From positions 18,322 through 82,321 of IMG/VR virus record IMGVR_UViG_3300027769_000025: a stretch of 64,000 bases of DNA; one strand, given 5' to 3'. The notes under the pieces were generated by a model. That model was not told where the DNA came from, searched no databases, and was given only the letters and a program-made list of their open reading frames with translations. The first letter of the stretch is position 1. Each line of letters starts with the position of its first letter. Of this stretch, positions 37,879-47,131 are shown in pieces. This DNA comes from a virus (lineage: Duplodnaviria; Caudoviricetes). The position numbers and the translations under genes were made by a program.

Positions 37879-39123
37879 ATGAGAAATATTATTATCACCG
37901 AAAGTCAATTAAGACTAATAACTGAAGCTTTAGGGGTTCCTGATAACATTTTGGACGCTGCTAATAGGTTGTATGACATTGTTGAAAAAGAAATCAAATC
38001 AATAGATAGTATCGAAGATGAATATGAATTTGATGGTGAAATTGAATTTGAATTAGGTGATAAACATAAGGTAATGATTGACTCATATGAATTAAAAGTT
38101 AATATAGAAACTATCGACGGAGAAGAAGGAGTCTTAGACATTATCTCAATGGGAATGGGAGGAGGTTTTGGATTTAATAGAGATGTCTATATGAAAGAAA
38201 CCGAACCGTCAACAACTTTGGAACTAACAATAACATTTGCTGTAGGTGAAAATTGGGAACCTGAAGGGTTAATTAGAAAAATGGAGGAAGAAAGGGACGA
38301 ACACGTCGCATCATTGGCTCATGAGATCAAACACAAATACGACAAACAATCAAAAAAGTTTGGTAAAATTGGTCCTGATGCTACTTACCAAGCAACGCAA
38401 AGAAGAGGTAATTTTGGAATACCTGTTATTGATAGAGTTTTCTTTAGGTATATGTATTACATACATAGTATTGAAAATCTTGTAAGACCTGTTGAGGTTG
38501 CATCATCGATGAAATCAAAAAATATTACAAAATCAAAGTTCTTAGATTTTCTACAAACCAATAGAGTATTTAAAGAATTAGTTGAAATTAAAAATTTTAC
38601 ATTTGAAGATTTCATTAACCAATTAAAAGAAAATGAGGATAGATTAGATGCTCTTCTAAACCACATCGGAGAAGACCCATCTAATATGAATATTGACCAA
38701 AAGATTGACAGAGTGTTGGAAGTTGCTTATATTGATTTAGTGAATAACAGAATGGAAATGTTTGTTCGAATGACGGAACATCATATGGATGATATGATAA
38801 AATTCGGATCACAACTTGGACTTTTACCACCAAATTTAAAAGATAAGGTTAAACAGTTAGAAAAAACAGACGAGATTAGACGAAAGTTTTTATCTCAAAC
38901 TATGAAATATGAAAAAAACCCAACCAAATTCTTTAAAGATGAAATTGAAAACTTCCAATACATTGCAAATAAAATGTTAAAGAAGATATCAAAACTATAC
39001 GCCATGGCAAAAGACGACGAACAAGTTAGTGAATCAATTCTAAATTGGGATCTTCATCAAAAAATTATGGAAAAGAAATACGGTAAAAGACCAATACATA
39101 CCGAATACAAATACAAAAAATAA
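37879..39123 (+). CDS. Putative zinc metallopeptidase (HExxH) with IIITESQ N-terminus
   Basis: SLAHEIKH motif; MRNIIITESQL; ATATTTAT upstream. Confidence 0.6.
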   Translation: MRNIIITESQLRLITEALGVPDNILDAANRLYDIVEKEIKSIDSIEDEYEFDGEIEFELGDKHKVMIDSYELKVNIETIDGEEGVLDIISMGMGGGFGFNRDVYMKETEPSTTLELTITFAVGENWEPEGLIRKMEEERDEHVASLAHEIKHKYDKQSKKFGKIGPDATYQATQRRGNFGIPVIDRVFFRYMYYIHSIENLVRPVEVASSMKSKNITKSKFLDFLQTNRVFKELVEIKNFTFEDFINQLKENEDRLDALLNHIGEDPSNMNIDQKIDRVLEVAYIDLVNNRMEMFVRMTEHHMDDMIKFGSQLGLLPPNLKDKVKQLEKTDEIRRKFLSQTMKYEKNPTKFFKDEIENFQYIANKMLKKISKLYAMAKDDEQVSESILNWDLHQKIMEKKYGKRPIHTEYKYKK

Positions 39124-39127
39124 AATT

Positions 39128-39152
39128 AACCCCACAAAAAAGTGGGGTTTTT
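39128..39152 (+). terminator. Rho-independent terminator
   Basis: AACCCCAC-AAAAAA-GTGGGGTTTTTT. Confidence 0.8.
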
Positions 39153-39187
39153 TGTTTTTATTCAAAAAACTTTCTTATCTTTGTTTT

Positions 39188-39415
39188 ATGTGGACAACTA
39201 AAGAAACTAAAAGAAAATATCTTGGATTTGAGATCACCAAATATGAAGGATCCAAAATGAAGGATTCTTTTCGAAAAAGAGACCCACGAACATTTCAAAG
39301 AGGTGATAGTAAATTCACCAAATGGCATTCCTACGAAGTAACCATTGATGGTGTTAAATATGATTTTGACAAGTTGAAAGATGTTAAAGAATTTATTAAT
39401 TCAAAGTTGAAATGA
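39188..39415 (+). CDS. Hypothetical protein
   Basis: ATG 39188 follows TATCTTTG. Confidence 0.6.
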   Translation: MWTTKETKRKYLGFEITKYEGSKMKDSFRKRDPRTFQRGDSKFTKWHSYEVTIDGVKYDFDKLKDVKEFINSKLK

Positions 39416-39603
39416 AAAAACCTTGTAAAGAGTGTCCCCACTTTATAAAAAATCGCCATAATGATATGATTGTTGATTTCGGTCGTAGGACTAGAAAACG
39501 TCATAATTGTCATATGACAGAGGGGGTGAAAGATTTGTGGAATGTTAAAAATGAAAAATTAGAATGTTATGGCTCAAAGAGAGATAATTTACGGAGTGTG
39601 TGA
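39412..39603 (+). CDS. Small Cys/His protein
   Basis: PCKECP..HNCH..C. Confidence 0.6.
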   Translation: MKKPCKECPHFIKNRHNDMIVDFGRRTRKRHNCHMTEGVKDLWNVKNEKLECYGSKRDNLRSV

Positions 39604-39790
39604 TAAGACAGGAAGTTGTGATTCCTATTTTGGTTTCTTCAAAACAAAAGAAGATGCCGAACACGAAGTACAAGTTCAAGCCGGTAGACTCAAAGAAGAC
39701 TTGGGTTGGTTAGATATACAAATACAATCCGATAGAGCCTTGATGAATGGTAAGTTAGTTGTAGTAATTCATTCATATGTTCTTCGATGA
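39569..39790 (+). CDS. Hypothetical protein, paralog of 42940-43185
   Basis: IYGV.D....CD.YFG.FK. Confidence 0.65.
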   Translation: MAQREIIYGVCDKTGSCDSYFGFFKTKEDAEHEVQVQAGRLKEDLGWLDIQIQSDRALMNGKLVVVIHSYVLR

Positions 39791-40050
39791 TTAAACGATA
39801 TTTGATTGTTTTCTTATCGGCACTTATATTAGAGATTGGAAGTACATTCTACATCACTGTAGTTGCAGATAAGAACTATATTGGAATGTTGTTTTTTGCA
39901 TTCATCGGACCATTTTTATCATTACCTTTCGTGGGATTTATGGTTGAGTCAAAAACTTGGAAGGAAAGAATAAGATTGGCATTATGTTCGGGACTTGGAT
40001 ATTTGTTCGGGTCCGTTGTTGTAATAATATTTTTAGAATTATTAAAATGA
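39787..40050 (+). CDS. Small membrane protein
   Basis: Three hydrophobic helices. Confidence 0.6.
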   Translation: MIKRYLIVFLSALILEIGSTFYITVVADKNYIGMLFFAFIGPFLSLPFVGFMVESKTWKERIRLALCSGLGYLFGSVVVIIFLELLK

Positions 40051-40409
40051 AAAAAATAGAAACTAAATTTGGGACCTATATGGAAAGAGAAAATGACCCT
40101 ACAAAATTGACTGGTGATAAGATCAAGGTTTTTGTAGAAAGATTGAAAAAAATTGGAATCGAGGTAAAACTTAAGGGTAACTACCCATGGGTTTATATTG
40201 ATGAAATCTGTGGTATCAAAGTGAAAGAGAGGTTCGAAGGAAATCATGGGTTTACTTTGATATTTCTACCTTCTAGACTAGATAGTCCACCATCAGAATT
40301 TACGGACATTACGGAAATCTTCAAACTTATACGAAAGTATAGTAGAAAAGCTTTGTTAGTTCAGATGATGAAGGATGATGAAAAAGATGGATTGTATGAC
40401 ATTGAATGA
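40047..40409 (+). CDS. Hypothetical protein
   Basis: ATG 40047 preferred; GNYPWVYID motif. Confidence 0.65.
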   Translation: MKKIETKFGTYMERENDPTKLTGDKIKVFVERLKKIGIEVKLKGNYPWVYIDEICGIKVKERFEGNHGFTLIFLPSRLDSPPSEFTDITEIFKLIRKYSRKALLVQMMKDDEKDGLYDIE

Positions 40410-40785
40410 GTTAAGGGTGGGTAGTATTGTGACCCACCCAATTTTTGGAACACCGACTAATGTTAAAGCGATTGCCTTTAACGGACTTTATATTGGAACC
40501 AAAGATGGTTTACCTCTTCACATCGATGACTTCAAACCGGTTGAAATAACTGATGAGGTTTTGGAGTTACTCCATTTTGTTAAGATGAAAAACACTGCAC
40601 CTGGTATTGGTGAGTTTGAATGGTGGGAGACAGATGATACATCACTCACACACATACATAAAGGTTTGTATGGTATTGAAGGGTTAAGTGGTATTAAACC
40701 GATGAAATATGTTCACGAATTACAAAATGCGTATTTTGTGATAACAGGAAAAGAATTGAATACAGAAAAATTATTATATTTGTAA
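40396..40785 (+). CDS. Hypothetical protein
   Basis: ELRVG..KPVEIT..KYVHELQNAYF..TGKEL. Confidence 0.65.
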   Translation: MTLNELRVGSIVTHPIFGTPTNVKAIAFNGLYIGTKDGLPLHIDDFKPVEITDEVLELLHFVKMKNTAPGIGEFEWWETDDTSLTHIHKGLYGIEGLSGIKPMKYVHELQNAYFVITGKELNTEKLLYL

Positions 40786-40787
40786 AA

Positions 40788-41225
40788 ATGGAAAAAGCAA
40801 GAATTTATTTAGATGATGTTAGAACTCCTGTGAGTCCTAATAATGAGCGGGTTGAAGGAATCCCTGAATGGACAGTAGTTCGTTCTTATGACGAGTTTGT
40901 GAGTAAGGTAACTGAGATTGGTTTAGAAAATATTGAACTGATTTCTTTGGACCACGACTTGGGTGATAGTGCGATGAAAGAATGGTTACACGGTGTTGTA
41001 AGAAACTATGCGATCAACTATGACAACATCACCGAAAAGACTGGTATGGATTGTACCAAGTGGTTGGTTAATCAGTGGATGGACGGAAAACCTGTTGTTA
41101 GAGTTGTTGTTCATTCAGCAAATGCTGTTGGTGCCGCTAATATGATGGGATATATTAACAATTATCGACACATCAACAGATTACCACAAAATTGTGATAG
41201 AGTATTTTGGGAACACACAATATAA
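40788..41225 (+). CDS. Cyclic-phosphate-processing receiver domain protein
   Basis: YLDDVR, VRSYDEF, ISLDHDLG, TGMDC.KWL, HSAN motifs. Confidence 0.8.
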   Translation: MEKARIYLDDVRTPVSPNNERVEGIPEWTVVRSYDEFVSKVTEIGLENIELISLDHDLGDSAMKEWLHGVVRNYAINYDNITEKTGMDCTKWLVNQWMDGKPVVRVVVHSANAVGAANMMGYINNYRHINRLPQNCDRVFWEHTI

Positions 41226-41235
41226 AAAAATAGTT

Positions 41236-41499
41236 ATGGAATTAGAAAAATTTGAACAAGCAAAAAAAGTTAAAGAAAACCTTGATAGATTAGAAAGACA
41301 GAAGCGTAAATTGGAATTGGCATTAGAATCTTGTTCTTTAGGTGTGACAATTGAATTTAGTCCATCAAAAGCATTTCTCTCAAGAAAAGATGAGGTTAGT
41401 GTTTATAACAAAGACGCTATTAAAGAAATGATATCTAAAGAACTTGAAGGGTTGAATGACCAAATAGGATTAGTTAAAGAAGAATTTGAAAAAGTATAG
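41236..41499 (+). CDS. Hypothetical protein
   Basis: ATG 41236 preferred. Confidence 0.6.
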   Translation: MELEKFEQAKKVKENLDRLERQKRKLELALESCSLGVTIEFSPSKAFLSRKDEVSVYNKDAIKEMISKELEGLNDQIGLVKEEFEKV

Positions 41500-41502
41500 A
41501 AA

Positions 41503-42636
41503 ATGGAAAATTTAAATAGTGTATGTTATGTTGGTGTGATCGGTGAAATCCGACCAATAGAAGGGGCAGATAACATCGAACTTGCAATGGTTGGTGGTTG
41601 GCAAGCAATCACCAAGAAAGGTGAATATGGTGTGGGTGATAAGGTTGTTGTTGCAACTACCGATGCGGTAATCCCTGTTGAGTTATCTGACTTGATGGGA
41701 GTGACTGGATACTTGAGAAAAGGTCAAAGAGTTAGAACTGTAAAACTTCGTGGAGTTTACTCTGAGTGTTTATTAATACCATTCAAATACTTAGCACCAA
41801 AGTCTTTGGAGAACAATGTAAGTGAAGGTCACGATATGATGGGTATCTTGGGTGTTACTAAGTACGAACCACCAGTTAAGATGGTTGAGATGAGTGTTGG
41901 AGGTAGAAAATTCAAATACCACCAAAACCCTAACTTCCACGTTTACTACAAGTTCCCTAACTTGAAGAATGTGCCTGATCTTTTCAATGAAGAGGATAAA
42001 GTTTCAATCACTCGTAAACTTCACGGAACCAATGCTCGTTATGGTATTGTAAGAAAGAAAAAACTTTCTATCTTGGATCGTATCAAAAAATTCTTTGGAA
42101 ACAAATGGGTTGAGTTTGATTATGTTTACGGATCACATAATGTTGAAAAAGGATCTACTTCTCAAGGGTTCTACTCTACCGATGTGTGGAGAACCGTAGC
42201 TGAGGAATACAATATCCAAGATAAGTTGTGGAACTACGTGAAAAGATATTTCACACCTGAAAGATTAGGTAGTGGTATCGTGATCTACGGTGAGATCTAC
42301 GGACATGGTATCCAAAAGAATTACGAATATGGATTAACTGACATCCGTTTCGCTGGGTTCGATGTTGAGATAGATAGTGTTTACCGACCATTCTTCACTG
42401 AAAGAGGTATATTTGACGAATTAGATTTACCAAAAGTAGATTTGTTATATACTGGTCCATGGAATAAAGAGACTCAAGATATGTTCGTATTTGGTAATTT
42501 CATTGAAGGCACTAAAGTTCCTCACGAAGGTATTGTTGTAAAATGCTTGAGTGGTGATCGTCACAAAGTGGCGAAGGTGATCAATCCTGATTACTTGATC
42601 TACGGAGAGAAAAATAATGTTGGTGACTCCCATTGA
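41503..42636 (+). CDS. RNA ligase, DRB0094 family (N-terminal OB fold + nucleotidyltransferase)
   Basis: IRPIEGADNIE, VRTVKLRGVYSE, motif I RKLHGTN, YGEIYG, FDV, HEGIVV, KVINPDYL. Confidence 0.85.
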   Translation: MENLNSVCYVGVIGEIRPIEGADNIELAMVGGWQAITKKGEYGVGDKVVVATTDAVIPVELSDLMGVTGYLRKGQRVRTVKLRGVYSECLLIPFKYLAPKSLENNVSEGHDMMGILGVTKYEPPVKMVEMSVGGRKFKYHQNPNFHVYYKFPNLKNVPDLFNEEDKVSITRKLHGTNARYGIVRKKKLSILDRIKKFFGNKWVEFDYVYGSHNVEKGSTSQGFYSTDVWRTVAEEYNIQDKLWNYVKRYFTPERLGSGIVIYGEIYGHGIQKNYEYGLTDIRFAGFDVEIDSVYRPFFTERGIFDELDLPKVDLLYTGPWNKETQDMFVFGNFIEGTKVPHEGIVVKCLSGDRHKVAKVINPDYLIYGEKNNVGDSH

Positions 42637-42653
42637 TGGAGTCACCTTTTTTT
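42622..42653 (+). terminator. Rho-independent terminator overlapping ligase stop
   Basis: GGTGACTCC..GGAGTCACC-TTTTTTT. Confidence 0.8.
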
Positions 42654-42679
42654 ATTATCATTAAAAAAAAGAAAAAATT

Positions 42680-42940
42680 ATGGCAATATTTTGGGCACAA
42701 GCAGAAGTAGATTTATCGGTTGATGAGATCTACGAAAATTTATCAGATCGTGAAGTTCTGAAGTTGGTTGATTTATTTGTTGAAGAAGGTTTGGTCATTT
42801 CAACTAACACAAGTAAAAATGAAAGTATGAGTTTTTTAGATGAAGAGTGGAAAAAAACACTTTTGAATCTAATGAACAACAGACACAGACTTTCAAACGA
42901 AGATGAAGAAACAATCAAAACAATCGCAAATAAATTATAA
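42680..42940 (+). CDS. Hypothetical protein
   Basis: ORF track. Confidence 0.65.
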   Translation: MAIFWAQAEVDLSVDEIYENLSDREVLKLVDLFVEEGLVISTNTSKNESMSFLDEEWKKTLLNLMNNRHRLSNEDEETIKTIANKL

Positions 42941-43185
42941 TGGCAAAAGACAACGACCTGATCTATGGGGTTTACGATAGAACAAGAGGAGTGGGTGGTT
43001 GTGATGACTACTTCGGGTACTTCAAAAAAGAATCAGACGCGAGAACAGAAATGAAATCTCAATTTGAACACTTAAAAACAAAAAACCCAAAAGAAACTCT
43101 GAAACTCCATAAAGACAGAGTTGTAAAAGTGAAAGATAAAACAGAAGAAATATTAATAATTATACACCCAATTTTAGTAAGATGA
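42940..43185 (+). CDS. Hypothetical protein, paralog of 39569-39790
   Basis: LIYGVYDR..GCDDYFGYFK..IIIHPILVR. Confidence 0.65.
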   Translation: MAKDNDLIYGVYDRTRGVGGCDDYFGYFKKESDARTEMKSQFEHLKTKNPKETLKLHKDRVVKVKDKTEEILIIIHPILVR

Positions 43186-44174
43186 GAGAGGACCAAATTG
43201 ATGACTACATCCAAGAGTTAAAGATGATTGAAGAAATGGAAAATATTAGAATACCTGATAATGATGCGTATACCACACATGATTTTAATGAAGAGACTCC
43301 GGTAAGTAATTTACCAACATGTTGGGGTACATTACAAGATGAAGAGTTTGCACCGGCATTCACATCAGTCCCTAAAGTTCCCGCAGGTATTTATGAGATT
43401 GTTTGGAACAGACAGTTAAGTCAACATACCTTGAAGAAACAACCATTCAAAACAGATGAGTTGTATCAATTACCTTCATATGAAATTACTGATATCCTTA
43501 AAGATATTCAAAACTTTTGGGACCGTAGAGACAAATACAAACAATATAACTTTGTACACAAACGAGGTATTTTGATGTATGGTGAACCAGGTTGTGGTAA
43601 GTCAGGTATCATTCAGTTGATTTCAAAACAACTAATTGACAATGATGGTATTATCATAAATGTTAAAGATCATGAAGATGTTGATTATTTTACTGACTTC
43701 ATTGCGACATTCAGAAAAATTGAACCTAATCGACCATTGATCGTTTTATTGGAAGACATTGATTCAATCGCGGGTGAGAGCAGTCATCAAACTAGTAGAT
43801 TGTTAAACATCTTAGATGGTGTAAAACAAATTGAAGATGTTGTTTATATTGCAACTACTAACTATCCTGAGAAATTACAGGATCGTATTACCAACAGACC
43901 ATCTCGTTTCGATAGAAGATACAAAGTGGAATTACCAAACGATGAGATTCGTGAAGCATACATCCGTCATAAGTTAACAGAAGAAGACATCAAAGGTATT
44001 GACGTTCAAGAGTGGGTAAAAAGAACAGAAGGAATGTCTCTTTCACACTTGAAAGAAGTTGTAATTTCAACTATAGTTATGGGAAGAGAATTTGAGGAAG
44101 TGATGGATAACCTTGAAGGATTGAAGAAAGCACCATCAATTAAAGGATCAGGAAAAGTAGGATTTGGACGATGA
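43182..44174 (+). CDS. AAA+ ATPase
   Basis: GILMYGEPGCGKS, LLEDID, LLNILDG, ATTNYPE, RPSRFD; C-terminal VGF. Confidence 0.9.
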   Translation: MREDQIDDYIQELKMIEEMENIRIPDNDAYTTHDFNEETPVSNLPTCWGTLQDEEFAPAFTSVPKVPAGIYEIVWNRQLSQHTLKKQPFKTDELYQLPSYEITDILKDIQNFWDRRDKYKQYNFVHKRGILMYGEPGCGKSGIIQLISKQLIDNDGIIINVKDHEDVDYFTDFIATFRKIEPNRPLIVLLEDIDSIAGESSHQTSRLLNILDGVKQIEDVVYIATTNYPEKLQDRITNRPSRFDRRYKVELPNDEIREAYIRHKLTEEDIKGIDVQEWVKRTEGMSLSHLKEVVISTIVMGREFEEVMDNLEGLKKAPSIKGSGKVGFGR

Positions 44175-44323
44175 AAAAAGGAATTTATTATGTACCATTA
44201 TTTTTAATATTAATATTTATAATGGGAGGAACATTTTATGTTGGGGATCGATTAAGTTTTGTAATGTCGACACTAGCATTGTTATTATTAGGTGAAATTT
44301 ATTATTTAAGATTTATAAAATGA
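44171..44323 (+). CDS. Small membrane protein (50 aa)
   Basis: ATGA overlap with ATPase stop; two hydrophobic segments. Confidence 0.5.
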   Translation: MKKGIYYVPLFLILIFIMGGTFYVGDRLSFVMSTLALLLLGEIYYLRFIK

Positions 44324-44487
44324 AGAAGTTTAGTTTAATTATTGGGTTGATATTATTATCAAGTTGTAAAACATCAAAGACTAACTGTGACGCATATTCG
44401 TCATATGAGATAAAAGTAGAGCACTGTCATATTGATGAAGAAAGTTATTGTTACTATACAGTTGACACAATTCGCTTGACCAAGTAA
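44320..44487 (+). CDS. Small lipoprotein (55 aa)
   Basis: MKKFSLIIGLILLSSC lipobox; CDAY motif. Confidence 0.55.
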   Translation: MKKFSLIIGLILLSSCKTSKTNCDAYSSYEIKVEHCHIDEESYCYYTVDTIRLTK

Positions 44488-44524
44488 AAAAGATTACTTA
44501 TACTTTCAAAACAAAAAAGAAAAC

Positions 44525-44959
44525 ATGACAATTAAACAGGCACTTAAACAGAAGAACAAACTGGTTAAAAACATTGCTGAGAACACTAAGTTGATCCAAC
44601 AACACAACTCAGTTGAGGTTGGAAACCAAAGACCATACAGCACAGTGATGTTGTACAATCAGATCCAAAAAGACACCAAAGAATTAGCATCTTTGAAGGC
44701 GAAAATCCACATCGCAAACGCAGAGGTGATGGAAGACATCTTTTGGATGTCAGAAATGAAATCAACAATTGCGGCTCTAAAGAAAATGGACTGTACTGAG
44801 GGAAAATCAAATCGTGACCGTTACCGAATGGAAAGTGAAGTGGTTTTAACTTCAGAAATCTCATTGGTTAGTAGAAACCAAGAGATTAAAATGTTGGAAG
44901 CAAAAATTGAAGAAATCCAAGACAAGTTGGACACCTTCAACGCAACCACAGAAATTTAA
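44525..44959 (+). CDS. DIP1984/septicolysin-like coiled-coil protein
   Basis: MTIKQALK.KNKL, LKAKIHIAN, IEEIQDKLDTFNATTEI termini typical of this family (recognised by eye). Confidence 0.6.
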   Translation: MTIKQALKQKNKLVKNIAENTKLIQQHNSVEVGNQRPYSTVMLYNQIQKDTKELASLKAKIHIANAEVMEDIFWMSEMKSTIAALKKMDCTEGKSNRDRYRMESEVVLTSEISLVSRNQEIKMLEAKIEEIQDKLDTFNATTEI

Positions 44960-45138
44960 TATGGTTTGTAGATAGGGTTAGAAAGTGATGGTTTTTCTAC
45001 ACTCAGAATCCGACTGGATGGATAATTGATAAAGATAACGAACTGACTCAAGCTGAAATCTCAAATACTCAAAAGTCATTTGATTAAAACTTAAAACTCT
45101 CTTTTTAACCTATTTTTGACTCTTGAAACAAATCATAT
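44959..45138 (+). ncRNA. Candidate ~180-nt structured RNA closed by a long terminal stem
   Basis: ATATGGTTTGT(44959-69)/ACAAATCATAT(45128-38) and GATAGGGTTAGAAAG(44971-85)/CTTTTTAACCTATT(45101-14); followed immediately by a terminator. Confidence 0.55.
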
Positions 45139-45139
45139 G

Positions 45140-45168
45140 AACCCCCATCCTTGTGGTGGGGGTTTTTT
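45140..45168 (+). terminator. Rho-independent terminator
   Basis: AACCCCCAT..GTGGGGGTTTTTT. Confidence 0.8.
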
Positions 45169-45356
45169 AAAAGACCCCATCCCTTGAGGGTGGGCTTTTA
45201 GGACCGTTATCCGTTAGGGTAACAACCAAAGGGGGAATTCGCTACTCCCCCTTTTCTATTTCACATAAACCACTATCATTTGTATATGTGGGGAATTTTA
45301 TTTATATTTGTAGTAATATTATTGGCTGTTGTCAAAAAAAACCAAAAACTTAAAAG

Positions 45357-45965
45357 ATGAAAGTTTTATTCTTAGATAATGATGGTGTAATCTGTCTCTC
45401 AAATAATTGGGGTGGACGAAAAAAGAAATGGGCAAAATACCGTTCAGCAAATCCTGAATCATCATCTATTATTAAAGAAGCACCTGTTGAATATCGTTTT
45501 GATGATTTTGATAAGAAAGCAATTAAGATCTTAAATGAAATCATTGAAGAAACAGGATGTGAAATAGTTGTAAGTTCCGATTGGAAATTACACGCAACAC
45601 TTGAAGAACTTGGTGATTACTACGAAAGTCAAGGGATCATCAAACGACCAATTGCGTTGACTCCAAACATTCAGAATTGTACCGTTCACGGTAATTTATT
45701 TATCTGGTCACCACGATGGGATTTAGAACAAACACGAACCATTGAGATTCGACAATACTTACATGATCATCCTGAGGTTACTCATTGGGTTTCGGTTGAT
45801 GATTTGAATATGGGTAAGAATGGTGAGACTTGGAAAGATGAATGGGCTATAGATAATTTTGTTCTAACACCAAAATCAAGTGAAGGAATTAAACAATGTG
45901 GGATTAAAGAAAAGGTTATTAAATTTTTAACAAATGAAGAACATAAGACAAATATTCAAGACTAA
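45357..45965 (+). CDS. HAD-superfamily phosphatase, Swiss-Army-Knife RNA-repair type
   Basis: KVLFLDNDGV, IVVSSDWK, WVSVDD motifs. Confidence 0.8.
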   Translation: MKVLFLDNDGVICLSNNWGGRKKKWAKYRSANPESSSIIKEAPVEYRFDDFDKKAIKILNEIIEETGCEIVVSSDWKLHATLEELGDYYESQGIIKRPIALTPNIQNCTVHGNLFIWSPRWDLEQTRTIEIRQYLHDHPEVTHWVSVDDLNMGKNGETWKDEWAIDNFVLTPKSSEGIKQCGIKEKVIKFLTNEEHKTNIQD

Positions 45966-46245
45966 TACCCATTTAATGGATCATCCTGAAGTACAGGAAT
46001 TGATTGATTATTGTGTTGAGTTGGAGGGTCAAGTGGTTGAAAAGAAAATTGATGATACTTATAGTAAAGAAGAGATTTATCTTCAGATGCTTAAGGACAT
46101 CTACGATAGTTGTGATAAAACTTTAACTGATGATCAGCTGTCAGAAAGGTTCAAAGAAACCCCAAGAGTGGATTTCAAGCAAGCTGTAATAAATCTAAAA
46201 AAGTATATGGGAGCCGTATCACAAATGTACGGGTTTATGTTATGA
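45934..46245 (+). CDS. Hypothetical protein
   Basis: ORF track. Confidence 0.65.
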   Translation: MKNIRQIFKTNTHLMDHPEVQELIDYCVELEGQVVEKKIDDTYSKEEIYLQMLKDIYDSCDKTLTDDQLSERFKETPRVDFKQAVINLKKYMGAVSQMYGFML

Positions 46246-46559
46246 GTGAAAATACAAAACAAAGAGTTAAATTGATTATGGTTGAAGAAAAACCATATGT
46301 CGTGTCCTTAGACAAAGTAGAAATTGGTGATAAAGTTATTGTTACGGTAAATGGTCAATATCCATCGATTGTCGAATGTGAAAACCAAACTGTTCTTACA
46401 TTACTAACTGATTCTAAATTATCCTTAACTAAGGCTTTTAAAATCTTTATGGAACCTGATAACATCAAATTCCAACCAGACCAAATTGAAAAAATCTTAG
46501 AAAATGATGGTTTGATGGAGGTTGAGTTTGATAATGGTGTTTATAAGTATAGCCTATGA
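46242..46559 (+). CDS. Hypothetical protein
   Basis: ORF track. Confidence 0.65.
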   Translation: MSENTKQRVKLIMVEEKPYVVSLDKVEIGDKVIVTVNGQYPSIVECENQTVLTLLTDSKLSLTKAFKIFMEPDNIKFQPDQIEKILENDGLMEVEFDNGVYKYSL

Positions 46560-46665
46560 TGAGTATTATAGAAACGTACATTCACAGTATAGGACTAATT
46601 TTAACAGTAGTTCTTTTAGGTGGGTATCTAATTTATAGATATTTTAAGAAAAGAAAAAAAAAGTA

Positions 46666-46875
46666 ATGACCGTAATACACGAAGTACAACAGGTTATTAC
46701 AGTAAATACGCCTTTTGGAGAGGCACAAGTTCTTTTTATTTTTGATTATGGTATTCATAGAAACAGTATTTGGGTTTGTGCATCATTGTCTGATGGAAAA
46801 ATAAGACACTACGATACAAATCAAATAAGCGTTACTTCAAATCACACTTTAGGGTTTAATTTGAAGGACAAATAA
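46666..46875 (+). CDS. Hypothetical protein
   Basis: ORF track; TPFGEA..DYG..W. Confidence 0.65.
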   Translation: MTVIHEVQQVITVNTPFGEAQVLFIFDYGIHRNSIWVCASLSDGKIRHYDTNQISVTSNHTLGFNLKDK

Positions 46876-46892
46876 ACTTTAAATTTTTAAAG

Positions 46893-47114
46893 ATGAAAAC
46901 ACTTGATTTACATGGAGTTAAACATGCAGATGTATCCAGATTAATGGACCAATTTTTATGGGAACAAATGAATAAAAAGACGAGGGAAGTTGAGATCATC
47001 ACAGGAATAAGTAATGCGATGATAGAAATAGTAATAAAAAACCTCAAAGATTATGATTTTGTTTATAATGAAGCGTGGAACAACCCCGGTAAGTTTATAG
47101 TCAGATTAGTTTAA
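46893..47114 (+). CDS. Smr-like small domain protein
   Basis: TLDLHGVKH..EIITG..NPG. Confidence 0.65.
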   Translation: MKTLDLHGVKHADVSRLMDQFLWEQMNKKTREVEIITGISNAMIEIVIKNLKDYDFVYNEAWNNPGKFIVRLV

Positions 47115-47131
47115 TGAAAAAAAAGTTTGTA

